Source of the DNA: Thermodesulfobacteriota bacterium
GTDB lineage: Bacteria > Desulfobacterota > Desulfobulbia > Desulfobulbales > SURF-16
DNA length: 63,262 bases
Assembly: GCA_034723545.1 (NCBI GenBank)
Contig: JAYEPA010000262.1
Location: forward strand, 1 to 63,262
Reading direction: 5' to 3'
Part shown: piece after piece, positions 1 through 8,045 of the stretch
Numbering within the stretch: the stretch's first letter is position 1
Layout of the letters: every line of letters starts with the position of its first letter
Made by a program: the position numbers and the translations under genes
Notes under the pieces: model-generated
The model's database searches: none
What the model saw: the letters and a program-made list of their open reading frames with translations, nothing else
Told to the model about the DNA's origin: nothing

Positions 1-143
1 CAATGTCATTAACTTAAGCTTTACATCTCCCCCCTTAGAAAAAGGGGGGCTTGGGGGGATTTAACTATGGCTGAAAAATCCCCCTAAATCCCCCTTTTTC
101 TAAGGGGGACTTTTTCCGAGAAGTCCTTAAGTTAATGACATTG
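1..143. repeat. palindromic MITE-like element with perfect 18-bp termini (left end may extend beyond the window)
   Basis: caatgtcattaacttaag at 1-18 and its exact reverse complement at 126-143. The interior is built from C5-6/G5-6 hairpins (29-49, 53-85, 89-109). Confidence 0.6.
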
Positions 144-241
144 AGTTGCAACCTGTAAACAAATCCCCCTTTAACAAAGGGGGAGGGTGTCGGTATGCCA
201 CCACTTATTGAAGTTACGTATAGATAACGAAATCCGAATGT

Positions 242-1795
242 ATGAAAAACATCATTGAAGTCGAAGTCTTCAACAAGCTTTTTTCCTCCATTGCCGAGGA
301 AATGGGCATTATCCTCCGACGCTCATCCTTCTCCTCAAACATCAAGGAACGCTGCGATTTTTCCTGCGCGATTTTTGACCACCAGGGAGAACTTGCTGCC
401 CAGGCCGCTCATATCCCGGTCCACCTTGGTGCCATGCCTAAAACCCTTGAGTTCGTGCTCAAAAAATTAACCCTGGCCCCCGGAGACATCGTCATCACCA
501 ATGACCCGTTTCAGGGCGGCAGCCATCTGCCGGACATCACCCTCATTGAAGCGCTCCACGACGAGCAGGGCAACGTATTGTTTTATTTGGTGAACAGGGC
601 TCATCACGCCGATGTCGGCGGCAAAACCCCAGGTTCCATGGGTTTCTCCACCTGTCTCAGCGAAGAAGGCGTTCTGGTTCCGCCGACCTATCTGCACAGG
701 GGCGGATATCCAAACGAGAATTTCCTCCATGATTTCCTGGGCAAAGTCCGTAATCCAGCGGAGAGGCAGGGTGACCTTCGGGCTCAGATTGCCTCTTTGC
801 AGCGTGGCAAAATGAGACTGTCCGAACTGTTGGACAAATACAGTTCTGAACACATCTTTAAAATTCTTGATCAGCTCAAGGATTATGGCGAACAGCTCAT
901 GCGCGGCTGCATCAGCCAGCTGCCAGACGGCTGTTTTCATTTTACCGACTACCTGGATAATGATGGACTGGATCAAAATCACATCAGCATTCGTGTGGAG
1001 CTGACCATCCAGGGAGATCAGGTCATTGTCGATTTCTCAAAAAGTGGTGATCAGATCACAACACCCCTTAATACGGTACAGGCGGTAACCATATCGGCGA
1101 CAATGTATGTTTTTCAATGTCTGCTGGGAGAAGGATATCCTGTCAACCAGGGAAGTTACCGGCCGATTGCCATCAAGACCCGGCCGGGCAGCATTCTGGA
1201 TAGCCTGGAGCCGGCGCCGGTCGCAGCCGGCAATGTGGAAACATCGCAACGAATTGTCGATACTCTATTCGGCGCCCTGGCCCAGGCCGTACCGGATCGC
1301 ATCCCGGCAGCCAGCTGCGGCAGTATGAATAATATCGCCATTGGCGGCGCAAAAGACAGGGGCACTCCGTATACTTATTATGAAACCATCGGCGGCGGCA
1401 TGGGAGCACGGCCGGACAAACACGGTCTGAGCGGGATTCATACTCATATGACCAACACCATGAATACACCGGTGGAGGCTCTGGAACGCAGCTTTCCTCT
1501 CCAGGTGGAAAAATATGCTTTAAGACGGGGATCGGGCGGCCATGGTCAATTCCAGGGAGGTGAAGGCATCATCCGAACATACCGTTTTCTGGAAGAGGGC
1601 CGAATTTCATTGCTCATGGAAAGGCGGACTTTACCCCCTTATGGCCTGGCTGGAGGATTAAACGGTAAAAAGGGAGAATGCCTGTTGGTGCATGGAAACA
1701 AAAAGAAAAAACTTGCCGGAAAAACCAACCTGACGGCAAAAAAAGGAGATAAACTGGTGATCAAAACACCGGGCGGCGGCGGCTGGGGAGAGTAA
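242..1795 (+). CDS. hydantoinase B/oxoprolinase family protein (HyuB-like)
   Basis: 517-aa ORF. N-terminus (EVFNKLFSSIAEEMG) and the DPFQGGSHLPDIT motif are typical of the hydantoinase_B family. Confidence 0.85.
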   Translation: MKNIIEVEVFNKLFSSIAEEMGIILRRSSFSSNIKERCDFSCAIFDHQGELAAQAAHIPVHLGAMPKTLEFVLKKLTLAPGDIVITNDPFQGGSHLPDITLIEALHDEQGNVLFYLVNRAHHADVGGKTPGSMGFSTCLSEEGVLVPPTYLHRGGYPNENFLHDFLGKVRNPAERQGDLRAQIASLQRGKMRLSELLDKYSSEHIFKILDQLKDYGEQLMRGCISQLPDGCFHFTDYLDNDGLDQNHISIRVELTIQGDQVIVDFSKSGDQITTPLNTVQAVTISATMYVFQCLLGEGYPVNQGSYRPIAIKTRPGSILDSLEPAPVAAGNVETSQRIVDTLFGALAQAVPDRIPAASCGSMNNIAIGGAKDRGTPYTYYETIGGGMGARPDKHGLSGIHTHMTNTMNTPVEALERSFPLQVEKYALRRGSGGHGQFQGGEGIIRTYRFLEEGRISLLMERRTLPPYGLAGGLNGKKGECLLVHGNKKKKLAGKTNLTAKKGDKLVIKTPGGGGWGE

Positions 1796-1882
1796 ATCAG
1801 AAGACAGAAACCAGGAGTCAGTAGTCAGAATGAAATGAGATTCTAAGCTATTTAATTCAGAAGTCTTTCCCTTATACCTCTC

Positions 1883-1932
1883 GATGTCTCGCAATGCTCA
1901 CTTATCGGATGTCTCGCAATGCTTGCTTATTG
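1883..1932. repeat. 2 x 25-bp tandem direct repeat
   Basis: gatgtctcgcaatgctcacttatcg / gatgtctcgcaatgcttgcttattg (22/25 identical). Confidence 0.8.
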
Positions 1933-1948
1933 ATTTTCAGCGCAGCTG

Positions 1949-2260
1949 CTAGTCTTCTGCCGGAGTATAATTTGAACATTTGGAGGCAAGGACGCAAAGC
2001 CCCTTCTTTTCCATAATTTCCCGGATCTCCTGTTCAGAAAGAACAGAATTTTTCTGGTGGGAAATATAGACGATACAGTCTTCACAGACATTTAATATGG
2101 TCCGATAATCCTCAAGTTCCCTGGCAAGCTCCCAGCAGGGGACTTCCTGACGCTCGCGGGCAAGACAGCCTTCGACCCCGGCACATTTTGTAATTTCCCA
2201 GCATAACCATTCCTTTTTAGGAGCCATATCGATTAGACCTCTCTCTGCGACGGTTTGCAT
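1949..2260 (-). CDS. small cysteine-rich protein with two CW-containing Cys motifs (two-CW-type), function unknown
   Basis: LCWEITKC and PCWELA motifs plus CEDC. Strong GGAGG RBS 7 nt before the ATG at 2260. An alternative start at 2335 overlaps the engB stop as TAATG. Confidence 0.55.
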   Translation of the reverse strand: MQTVAERGLIDMAPKKEWLCWEITKCAGVEGCLARERQEVPCWELARELEDYRTILNVCEDCIVYISHQKNSVLSEQEIREIMEKKGLCVLASKCSNYTPAED

Positions 2261-2334
2261 TTTCTTTCCTCCAGGAACATTTACAAAATAGCGGATACAC
2301 CCACCGAACCGATTTTCAGTCTGGCAATTAACCA

Positions 2335-2928
2335 TTATCCGATGAACTGGTCAAGGGCTGTGATTAATTTTTCTTTTCCGGCTCCGGTTTTGGCCGAAAA
2401 GAGAACCCGCTCCCACTCCCCGAGTCCAAATCCTGCATCAAGAAGAGCCGCCTGTCTGGCCTGCTGGTTCTTCTTGACCTTATCCATCTTGGTGTAGACC
2501 GGCAAAAAAGGAATTCCCTCGGCGCGAAGCCAGTTGATCAGTTCAAGATCCTGGGACTTCACCCCATGGCGCAGGTCAATGATTACCACAACACAACAAA
2601 GGGTCTGCCGATTGAGCAGATACGATGAAATCAAGCCCTGCCAGTCATTTTTTATCTTTCTCGGCACCTTGGCAAAACCATACCCTGGCAGATCAACGAG
2701 ATAAAGGGATTCGCCAACCAGGAAAAAATTCAGACTCTGGGTCTTGCCCGGCCGAGAGCTGACTTTCACCAGTTTGCGCCGATTGATCAATTTGTTGATT
2801 AAACTTGACTTTCCCACATTGGAACGGCCGGCAAAGGCAATTTCCGGGATCTCTTCCGGAGGAAGCTGGGTCGTCTTAAAAACACTTGTAACAAAGTCAA
2901 TATTTGCTGAGTCCCAAAGGGATTTCAT
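2335..2928 (-). CDS. engB: ribosome biogenesis GTP-binding protein YihA/EngB
   Basis: 197 aa with G1 motif AGRSNVGKSSLIN, DLPGYG and TKMDK motifs. Confidence 0.9.
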   Translation of the reverse strand: MKSLWDSANIDFVTSVFKTTQLPPEEIPEIAFAGRSNVGKSSLINKLINRRKLVKVSSRPGKTQSLNFFLVGESLYLVDLPGYGFAKVPRKIKNDWQGLISSYLLNRQTLCCVVVIIDLRHGVKSQDLELINWLRAEGIPFLPVYTKMDKVKKNQQARQAALLDAGFGLGEWERVLFSAKTGAGKEKLITALDQFIG

Positions 2929-2988
2929 CTGTCTCTCCCGAGGGAAAAAAGGCCTTTCCCCTTATGCCGTCAGCCTTAAGCCTTCCGA

Positions 2989-3861
2989 CTAAATAATCTT
3001 ATTCAAGGCATACTCAATAATGCCTTCGGCGCCCTCATCCAGCAGTCTGGGCACCAGATCGCGTATCACATGAGCTGCAATGACGGTTTCCACGGAATAC
3101 CATTTTGTTTGATAGAGGTGAGCAATGGTGGGCGCATTCAAGCTGGGGAGAAGATCAATGATTGCCTGAAGCCGCTCCTCCGGAACATTCATCTTTACTC
3201 CGACAATCTTTTCCGCCTTGAGAGCACCCTGCAACAACATTGTGATATTCTTGATTTTTCTCTGCTTCCAGGGATCTTCCCAAGTCGTCTTGTTTGCAAC
3301 AAACTGGGTATTTGAGGTCATGAGTTCATAAATAATCCTCAGCCCATGAGCGCGAATGGTAGATTCTGTTTCCGTAACCTCGACAATGGCATCGGCCAGT
3401 CCGGAAACAACCTTGGCCTCGGTGGCTCCCCAGGAAAATTCGATATCGACATTGATCTTTTTTTCAGCAAAAAAACGAGTGGAGTAGCCAACCAGTTCCG
3501 TGGCAATTTTTTTTCCTTCCAGGTCCTCCAGATGTTGAATGTCCGAATCGCCTGGTACTGCAATCACCCAACGGGTCGGTTTACGGCTTACCTTGGAATA
3601 AACAAGATCCTCCACCACCACGATATCGGATTCATTTTCCAAGGTCCAGTCCTTGCCGGTAATACCGGCGTCCAGTATACCATCCTCAATATAGCGTGAC
3701 ATTTCCTGGGGCCGACAGATGGAACAGGACAACTCAGGATCATCCACCTCGGGAAAATAATTTCTGGAAGAAAGTTTGATCTGCCAGCCGGCCTTGGCAA
3801 ACAATTCAATCGTTGCCTTTTCAAGACTTCCCTTGGGAATACCCAGTTTCAACTGTTTCAT
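2989..3861 (-). CDS. hisG: ATP phosphoribosyltransferase (long form)
   Basis: 290 aa. N-terminus [10 protein letters not shown] and overall HisG-like layout. Overlaps hisI by 4 nt. Confidence 0.9.
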   Translation of the reverse strand: MKQLKLGIPKGSLEKATIELFAKAGWQIKLSSRNYFPEVDDPELSCSICRPQEMSRYIEDGILDAGITGKDWTLENESDIVVVEDLVYSKVSRKPTRWVIAVPGDSDIQHLEDLEGKKIATELVGYSTRFFAEKKINVDIEFSWGATEAKVVSGLADAIVEVTETESTIRAHGLRIIYELMTSNTQFVANKTTWEDPWKQRKIKNITMLLQGALKAEKIVGVKMNVPEERLQAIIDLLPSLNAPTIAHLYQTKWYSVETVIAAHVIRDLVPRLLDEGAEGIIEYALNKII

Positions 3862-4238
3862 TTTTTATATACCTCCCGGGGATCAAATACCGGCTTATCT
3901 TTTATTTTTAGACCATCATCTTCACACCGTCTGAAAAAACAGCTGCGATAGCCTTTGTGACAGGCCGCGCCGCCCAATTGCTCAACCTTAAATATCACAG
4001 TATCTTCATCGCAGTCCACCAATATTTCCCTGACCAGCTGAACATGGTTGGAAGATTCTCCCTTGAGCCATAATTTGTTACGGGATCTGCTCCAGTAATG
4101 AGCCTTGCCTGTCTCTAACGTTTTACGCCAGGCCTCTTCATTGATATAAGCCAGCATCAACACCTCACCGGTTTCAAAATCCTGGGCAATGGCGGGCAGA
4201 AGTCCGTCTTTTGCCTTACCAAATTGTAATTGTATCAT
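3858..4238 (-). CDS. hisI: phosphoribosyl-AMP cyclohydrolase
   Basis: 126 aa with [26 protein letters not shown] and CHKGYRSCF motifs typical of HisI. Confidence 0.9.
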   Translation of the reverse strand: MIQLQFGKAKDGLLPAIAQDFETGEVLMLAYINEEAWRKTLETGKAHYWSRSRNKLWLKGESSNHVQLVREILVDCDEDTVIFKVEQLGGAACHKGYRSCFFRRCEDDGLKIKDKPVFDPREVYKK

Positions 4239-4459
4239 TTTTGATCCTTTTCCTTCTCGTGAGATGAATTACTGCGGGACTCCCTGGCCTGCTCCTTGCC
4301 GATATAATGAATGATACAGGAAGATCTGAATTTACAGTATTCATCAGGATGCCGGCAGCGGGCAGTTTCCGAATCCATCTTCTGATCATATTTTTCGCAA
4401 ATAAGTTCCATATTCCTTATCATCATTGAATCAAAATTCAAGGCATGAAAGTAGCGCAT
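4235..4459 (-). CDS. small Cys-rich hypothetical protein (start uncertain; possible shorter form from 4411)
   Basis: ORF overlaps the hisI start by 4 nt (ATGA coupling). Contains the [14 protein letters not shown] motif and a charged C-terminal tail. AAGGA RBS precedes the internal ATG at 4411. Confidence 0.45.
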   Translation of the reverse strand: MRYFHALNFDSMMIRNMELICEKYDQKMDSETARCRHPDEYCKFRSSCIIHYIGKEQARESRSNSSHEKEKDQK

Positions 4460-4602
4460 CTCTCTGTTTTGTCAAGAAGCGAAATTCACTCCTTCTTGAA
4501 AAAAATTTTTCAACCGACACCTTACCGCAGCCCTGCGAAAAAATCAGTCTGACAATGAAAAGTAGGGGAAAACGTGGAATGTTTGTTGAATAATCTGAGG
4601 CG

Positions 4603-4642
4603 GGAAAAAACAAGGAGAGGTATGAAGAATTCATACCTCTCC
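4603..4642 (-). terminator. rho-independent terminator after the SOR-like gene
   Basis: 13-bp stem (ggagaggtatgaa / ttcatacctctcc), followed on the minus strand by ttgtttttt. Confidence 0.7.
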
Positions 4643-4668
4643 GTTTAAAAAATCAAGTTATTTACATG

Positions 4669-5109
4669 TTACACTTGCGCCGGTGTAACCCAAAAGTCAT
4701 GCAGATTACAGAAACTGGTCGCAATAATACGACCCTTGTAGTCTGCCGGCAGCTCAAAAACCGACTCAGCCTTTTCATCGGAAGGAGAAAAAGTTTTCTC
4801 GCCCGCAACCGTTCCATCAGCCAGAACCAATGTATGACGGACAATAAAATGCTTTTCACTCATCCCGTGATTTGTTAACACTGTCACTTTACCATCCGCT
4901 ACAGTTACCTGGGGAGCATGACCGCCAACTTTTTTCTCCCATTTACCGGGATTCGCTTTCGAATAGATAATCCCTGTTAAGCTTGGATTAGCTGTGGGAC
5001 AACTTTTCGGGCAGCTTTTGGGCATGGCCAGGGCGCTTGATGCACTTCCAGCTGCCACAACTGCTGCCGCCGCCAACGAACCTTTGATAAATTTTCTTCT
5101 TTCAGACAT
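4669..5109 (-). CDS. Tat-signal superoxide reductase-like (desulfoferrodoxin ferrous-iron-binding domain) protein
   Basis: Twin-arginine leader SERRKFIKGSLAAAAVVAAGSASSALA. SOR centre-II ligand pattern GGHAP, HGMSEKH, CNLHDFW. GGAGGGG RBS before the ATG at 5109. Confidence 0.75.
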   Translation of the reverse strand: MSERRKFIKGSLAAAAVVAAGSASSALAMPKSCPKSCPTANPSLTGIIYSKANPGKWEKKVGGHAPQVTVADGKVTVLTNHGMSEKHFIVRHTLVLADGTVAGEKTFSPSDEKAESVFELPADYKGRIIATSFCNLHDFWVTPAQV

Positions 5110-5174
5110 AATTCCCCTCCGTATCATTTAATAAAAGTTATCAGTAGTATAAAAAAATCTTTTCATTTGTCAAT

Positions 5175-5720
5175 TCATTTTCTCGTGCCGACCTCTTTTC
5201 TCACTTCTTCAGGACAAAAAAAGATAAGACGGGAAGCTACACATCTCCAGGCATAATCGATTACATATGGGCTATAGCGTCCGATTTCAGTCAACTGCCT
5301 CATTTTTTGCCGGCAAGCTTCTCGGGAAATTTTACCTTCCATACAGAAAATTCGTGGCATAAGGAGAGCATTGATGTGGGGAATACCCAGTTTCCGACAA
5401 CACCTGACCGCAGATCCATCGTCTACAATAATAAAATCTGCCATGTCCTGAAACAAAAGAAGGGTCTGACGCTCACCCGGATCCAAAGCGGCAGTGATCA
5501 TGAAATAGGGGCAGTACTCCCCATCTTTTTTTTTCCGCAACTCAAGCTGTTTCCCCTTAAAAATTTTTTTAAAGTGCTCGCAGCCTGGGTAACCGGAACA
5601 TGTCAATTCTTTATAAACCACAGTGCCAACCCGGACATCAAAGGTTGAAATCAATGTCTGAATCAGCCCGGATTTATAAAGAAGAATGGCAGAGGAGGAA
5701 TCGATCAGACATGTTTTCAT
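5175..5720 (-). CDS. hypothetical protein, PIN-like (DUF3368/COG2405-like) fold suspected
   Basis: 181-aa ORF with N-terminal LIDSSSAILL, then DPGERQTLLL and IIVDDGSA, resembling PIN-domain acidic motifs. Weak call. Confidence 0.5.
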   Translation of the reverse strand: MKTCLIDSSSAILLYKSGLIQTLISTFDVRVGTVVYKELTCSGYPGCEHFKKIFKGKQLELRKKKDGEYCPYFMITAALDPGERQTLLLFQDMADFIIVDDGSAVRCCRKLGIPHINALLMPRIFCMEGKISREACRQKMRQLTEIGRYSPYVIDYAWRCVASRLIFFCPEEVRKEVGTRK

Positions 5721-5755
5721 TAAAAAAGTCCTGGGTCATGTTTTTTTTCTTCCCG

Positions 5756-6126
5756 AACCCACTAAAGTGGAATAAGACATCAGGTTTTTCAGGAATCTTT
5801 TCAGTACTCGCCTGGCGGGTGTAAGTCCCTTAAAAGTAGAGTCAGATAGCGAACTGAGAGAGACCTTCGAGTTATTTATGTCAAAGAAGTTTGTAACTAT
5901 TCAGGGCGGGCACCAAATTGGCCTAACCGCAGTTCCGTAACTGTTCAGATGTGCCTTAGATTCGTTTATTTAGGTCTGCGAAGCGTACTTGTGCTACTCA
6001 AGCAGGCCTAAATGAGCGAAGATGAGGTGCAGCTGAATAGTTACAGAAGTTTTTGAATTTTTTGCCACTCTTTTCAGTGCCCCCTTAGAGGGGTACAAAT
6101 AACACGAAAATAATTACTAAGGGACT
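5756..6126 (-). repeat. dispersed repeat family B, copy carrying nested insertions
   Basis: The reverse complement aligns to 63125-63262. It carries extra segments at 5893-6044 (MITE A), 6069-6096 (28 nt with a C5/G4 hairpin) and about 5795-5821. Core bounded by agtcccttaa / ctaagggact. Confidence 0.75.
5893..6044 (+). mobile_element. 152-bp MITE (family A, GTAACTATTCAG termini), copy 1, with 8-bp TSD AGAAGTTT
   Basis: Terminal inverted repeats gtaactattcag / ctgaatagttac. Flanked by agaagttt at 5885-5892 and 6045-6052. The homologous uninterrupted site near 63171-63178 carries this octamer once. Confidence 0.85.
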
Positions 6127-6246
6127 AAACAGAGGGTGAATTCTGTATTTGTCATGATTGACAAAAAAACCAAACCTTTGTATCGTCGCCTTGACGAAAA
6201 ATTGCTATTTCCGTTCATGAAAACAAGATTTTTTTGGGGACGATTG

Positions 6247-7257
6247 ATGAAAAAGGGAATCACTCATTTAATTCCAATTCTACTGGCAGTGAGCATCTTG
6301 CTGTTTGGCGTTTCTCCATCTTTGGCCGGCGGCGGCAAGAACTATCCGCTGGGAGCCGAAGATTTTCTCTCCGGCGCGGTACCGCCGCCGGGATTTTATT
6401 TTCTGAACTACGCCTATTACTATAAAGGCAATGATCTGGCCGATGATTCCGGAGACGACATCGAGATTTTTGATGAGGCTGAAGTCAAGGCGGATGTTTT
6501 ACGCTTTCTGTGGGTCAGCGATCAACAGATCGCGGGCGGCTTTTACGGCCAGCATCTCTTTATCCCGTTTCTTGATGTTGATGTGGATTTTAAACAGCCG
6601 GTGGGCGCAAAAGGGAAACGCCATTATTCCGACAGCGGCGTTCCCTATGTGATCTACTCCCCTTTTATTCTGTCATGGCATCTTATGGAGGGCAAACTCC
6701 ATCTGGTCACCTCTCTTGTGGATACCTATATTCCCATGGGCAATGAAGAGGACGGTAATCTGGCCAATGTTGGCCGAAATTACTGGGGATTTGAGCCCGT
6801 CCTCGCCGTAACCTGGATGCCCACCAAGAGCCTGGAGCTCTCCCTGAAGATGATGTATGATTTTTACACCAGCCAGGATGACTATGCCACCCCTTTTGGC
6901 GATGTTGACCGTGATCCAGGCCAGGAATTTCATTTTGATTACAGTATTTCCTATGCACTCAATCCATCCTGGCGTCTCGGCGTCAACGGCTACTACCATC
7001 AGCAGACCACAAAGGATGATTATGACGAGGACGATTATGCCAATTCACCTTTGTTGGATCTGGGAGTTCCCATGTCAGTGGTGACTGATCTTTTTGAAAA
7101 TGAAGAAAAGGCCTTGAGTCGGGTTTTCGCCATTGGCCCCGGTGTCTGGTTTAATCATAAAAACATCTGCCTGAGCCTGAAAAGTCAATTTGAAAGTAAT
7201 GCCAAAACCATGACCGAAGGATATAATGTCTGGTTCAAATTTATTTACGGCTTTTAA
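6247..7257 (+). CDS. outer-membrane transporter, MetA-pathway-of-phenol-degradation-like beta-barrel family
   Basis: Signal peptide MKKGITHLIPILLAVSILLFGVSPSLA, followed by the GFYFLNYAYYY motif and a C-terminal aromatic residue (YGF). The track ORF begins upstream at 6136 (GTG) but the signal peptide begins at 6247. Confidence 0.75.
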   Translation: MKKGITHLIPILLAVSILLFGVSPSLAGGGKNYPLGAEDFLSGAVPPPGFYFLNYAYYYKGNDLADDSGDDIEIFDEAEVKADVLRFLWVSDQQIAGGFYGQHLFIPFLDVDVDFKQPVGAKGKRHYSDSGVPYVIYSPFILSWHLMEGKLHLVTSLVDTYIPMGNEEDGNLANVGRNYWGFEPVLAVTWMPTKSLELSLKMMYDFYTSQDDYATPFGDVDRDPGQEFHFDYSISYALNPSWRLGVNGYYHQQTTKDDYDEDDYANSPLLDLGVPMSVVTDLFENEEKALSRVFAIGPGVWFNHKNICLSLKSQFESNAKTMTEGYNVWFKFIYGF

Positions 7258-7293
7258 TTTAGATATTAGGCAGAATTGGAAACATTTAGGTAG

Positions 7294-7456
7294 CAAGTAA
7301 AAATAAGTTGTGCAGATTGCGCTGTAATTTCGGAGTCTTCGCTTACCTGTTTGTTTTCAAGGCGTGTCAAGCTGCGCATAACGAGTTATGTAAAGCTTGG
7401 CGCAACACAGAAAACAAGCAAAAGGGCAAGCAAGCTGTATAAGTTATTTTTACTTG
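7294..7456. repeat. 163-bp inverted-repeat (foldback) element
   Basis: caagtaaaaataagtt at 7294-7309 versus aagttatttttacttg at 7441-7456 (15/16 complementary). No clear TSD. Confidence 0.5.
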
Positions 7457-7458
7457 AT

Positions 7459-7486
7459 GCCTTAGCCTTTAACCTTACTGTCTTAT
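7459..7486 (+). repeat. CCTT-core heptad repeats in the slyD leader
   Basis: gccttag cctttaa ccttact gtcttat, ending 16 nt before the slyD ATG. Confidence 0.4.
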
Positions 7487-7502
7487 ACTAGGAGCAAAAC
7501 AG

Positions 7503-8021
7503 ATGCAGAATGTAAAAACAGGTCATGTTGTGACGGTAACCTATGAAGGGTTTCTTGCAAACGGAGACGCCTTTGACTCTTCCGAAGACTCTGGGCCGAT
7601 GAGATTTCAGATCGGCTCAAACTCGGCCATGCCGGGCTTTGATAAAGGGATAATGGGCATGACCGTCGGAGAAACAAAGGAAGTCAATCTGGCTCCGGAA
7701 GAGGCTTATGGTCCGAGAAAAGAAGAATTGGTCCATACCGTTCCCAGATCAATGTGGAAAAAAGAGCAGGAAATTAAGCCCGGACTAATCGTGGGGCTGA
7801 CAATTGAAAAAGAAGGAGAAAACCATCAGGTTCCGGCCCTGGTGACTCAGGTTGAAAATGATCAGGTCACAGTGGATTTCAATCATCCCCTGGCCGGCCA
7901 GCAACTGATCTACAAAATTACCCTGGACTCCATTGAGGAGCCGCCTGAGCAGGAGAATCAGGCTCCGTCCTCATTAAACAACTGTTCTCCGTCAGGCTGT
8001 GAGGGTTGCAGCTCCTGTTGA
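7503..8021 (+). CDS. slyD: FKBP-type peptidyl-prolyl isomerase, SlyD-like with Cys-rich tail
   Basis: VTVTYEGFLANGDAFDSS and FDKGIMGMTVGE FKBP motifs. C-terminal CSPSGCEGCSSC metal-binding-like tail. AGGAG RBS. Confidence 0.85.
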   Translation: MQNVKTGHVVTVTYEGFLANGDAFDSSEDSGPMRFQIGSNSAMPGFDKGIMGMTVGETKEVNLAPEEAYGPRKEELVHTVPRSMWKKEQEIKPGLIVGLTIEKEGENHQVPALVTQVENDQVTVDFNHPLAGQQLIYKITLDSIEEPPEQENQAPSSLNNCSPSGCEGCSSC

Positions 8022-8045
8022 CCCACTCAAAAAAACAAATTCTTC

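Noticed and set aside
8022-8045. TPP riboswitch upstream of thiD
   Set aside because: Only 24 nt separate slyD and thiD, which is no room for a ~100-nt aptamer. No CTGAGA-type motif is present.
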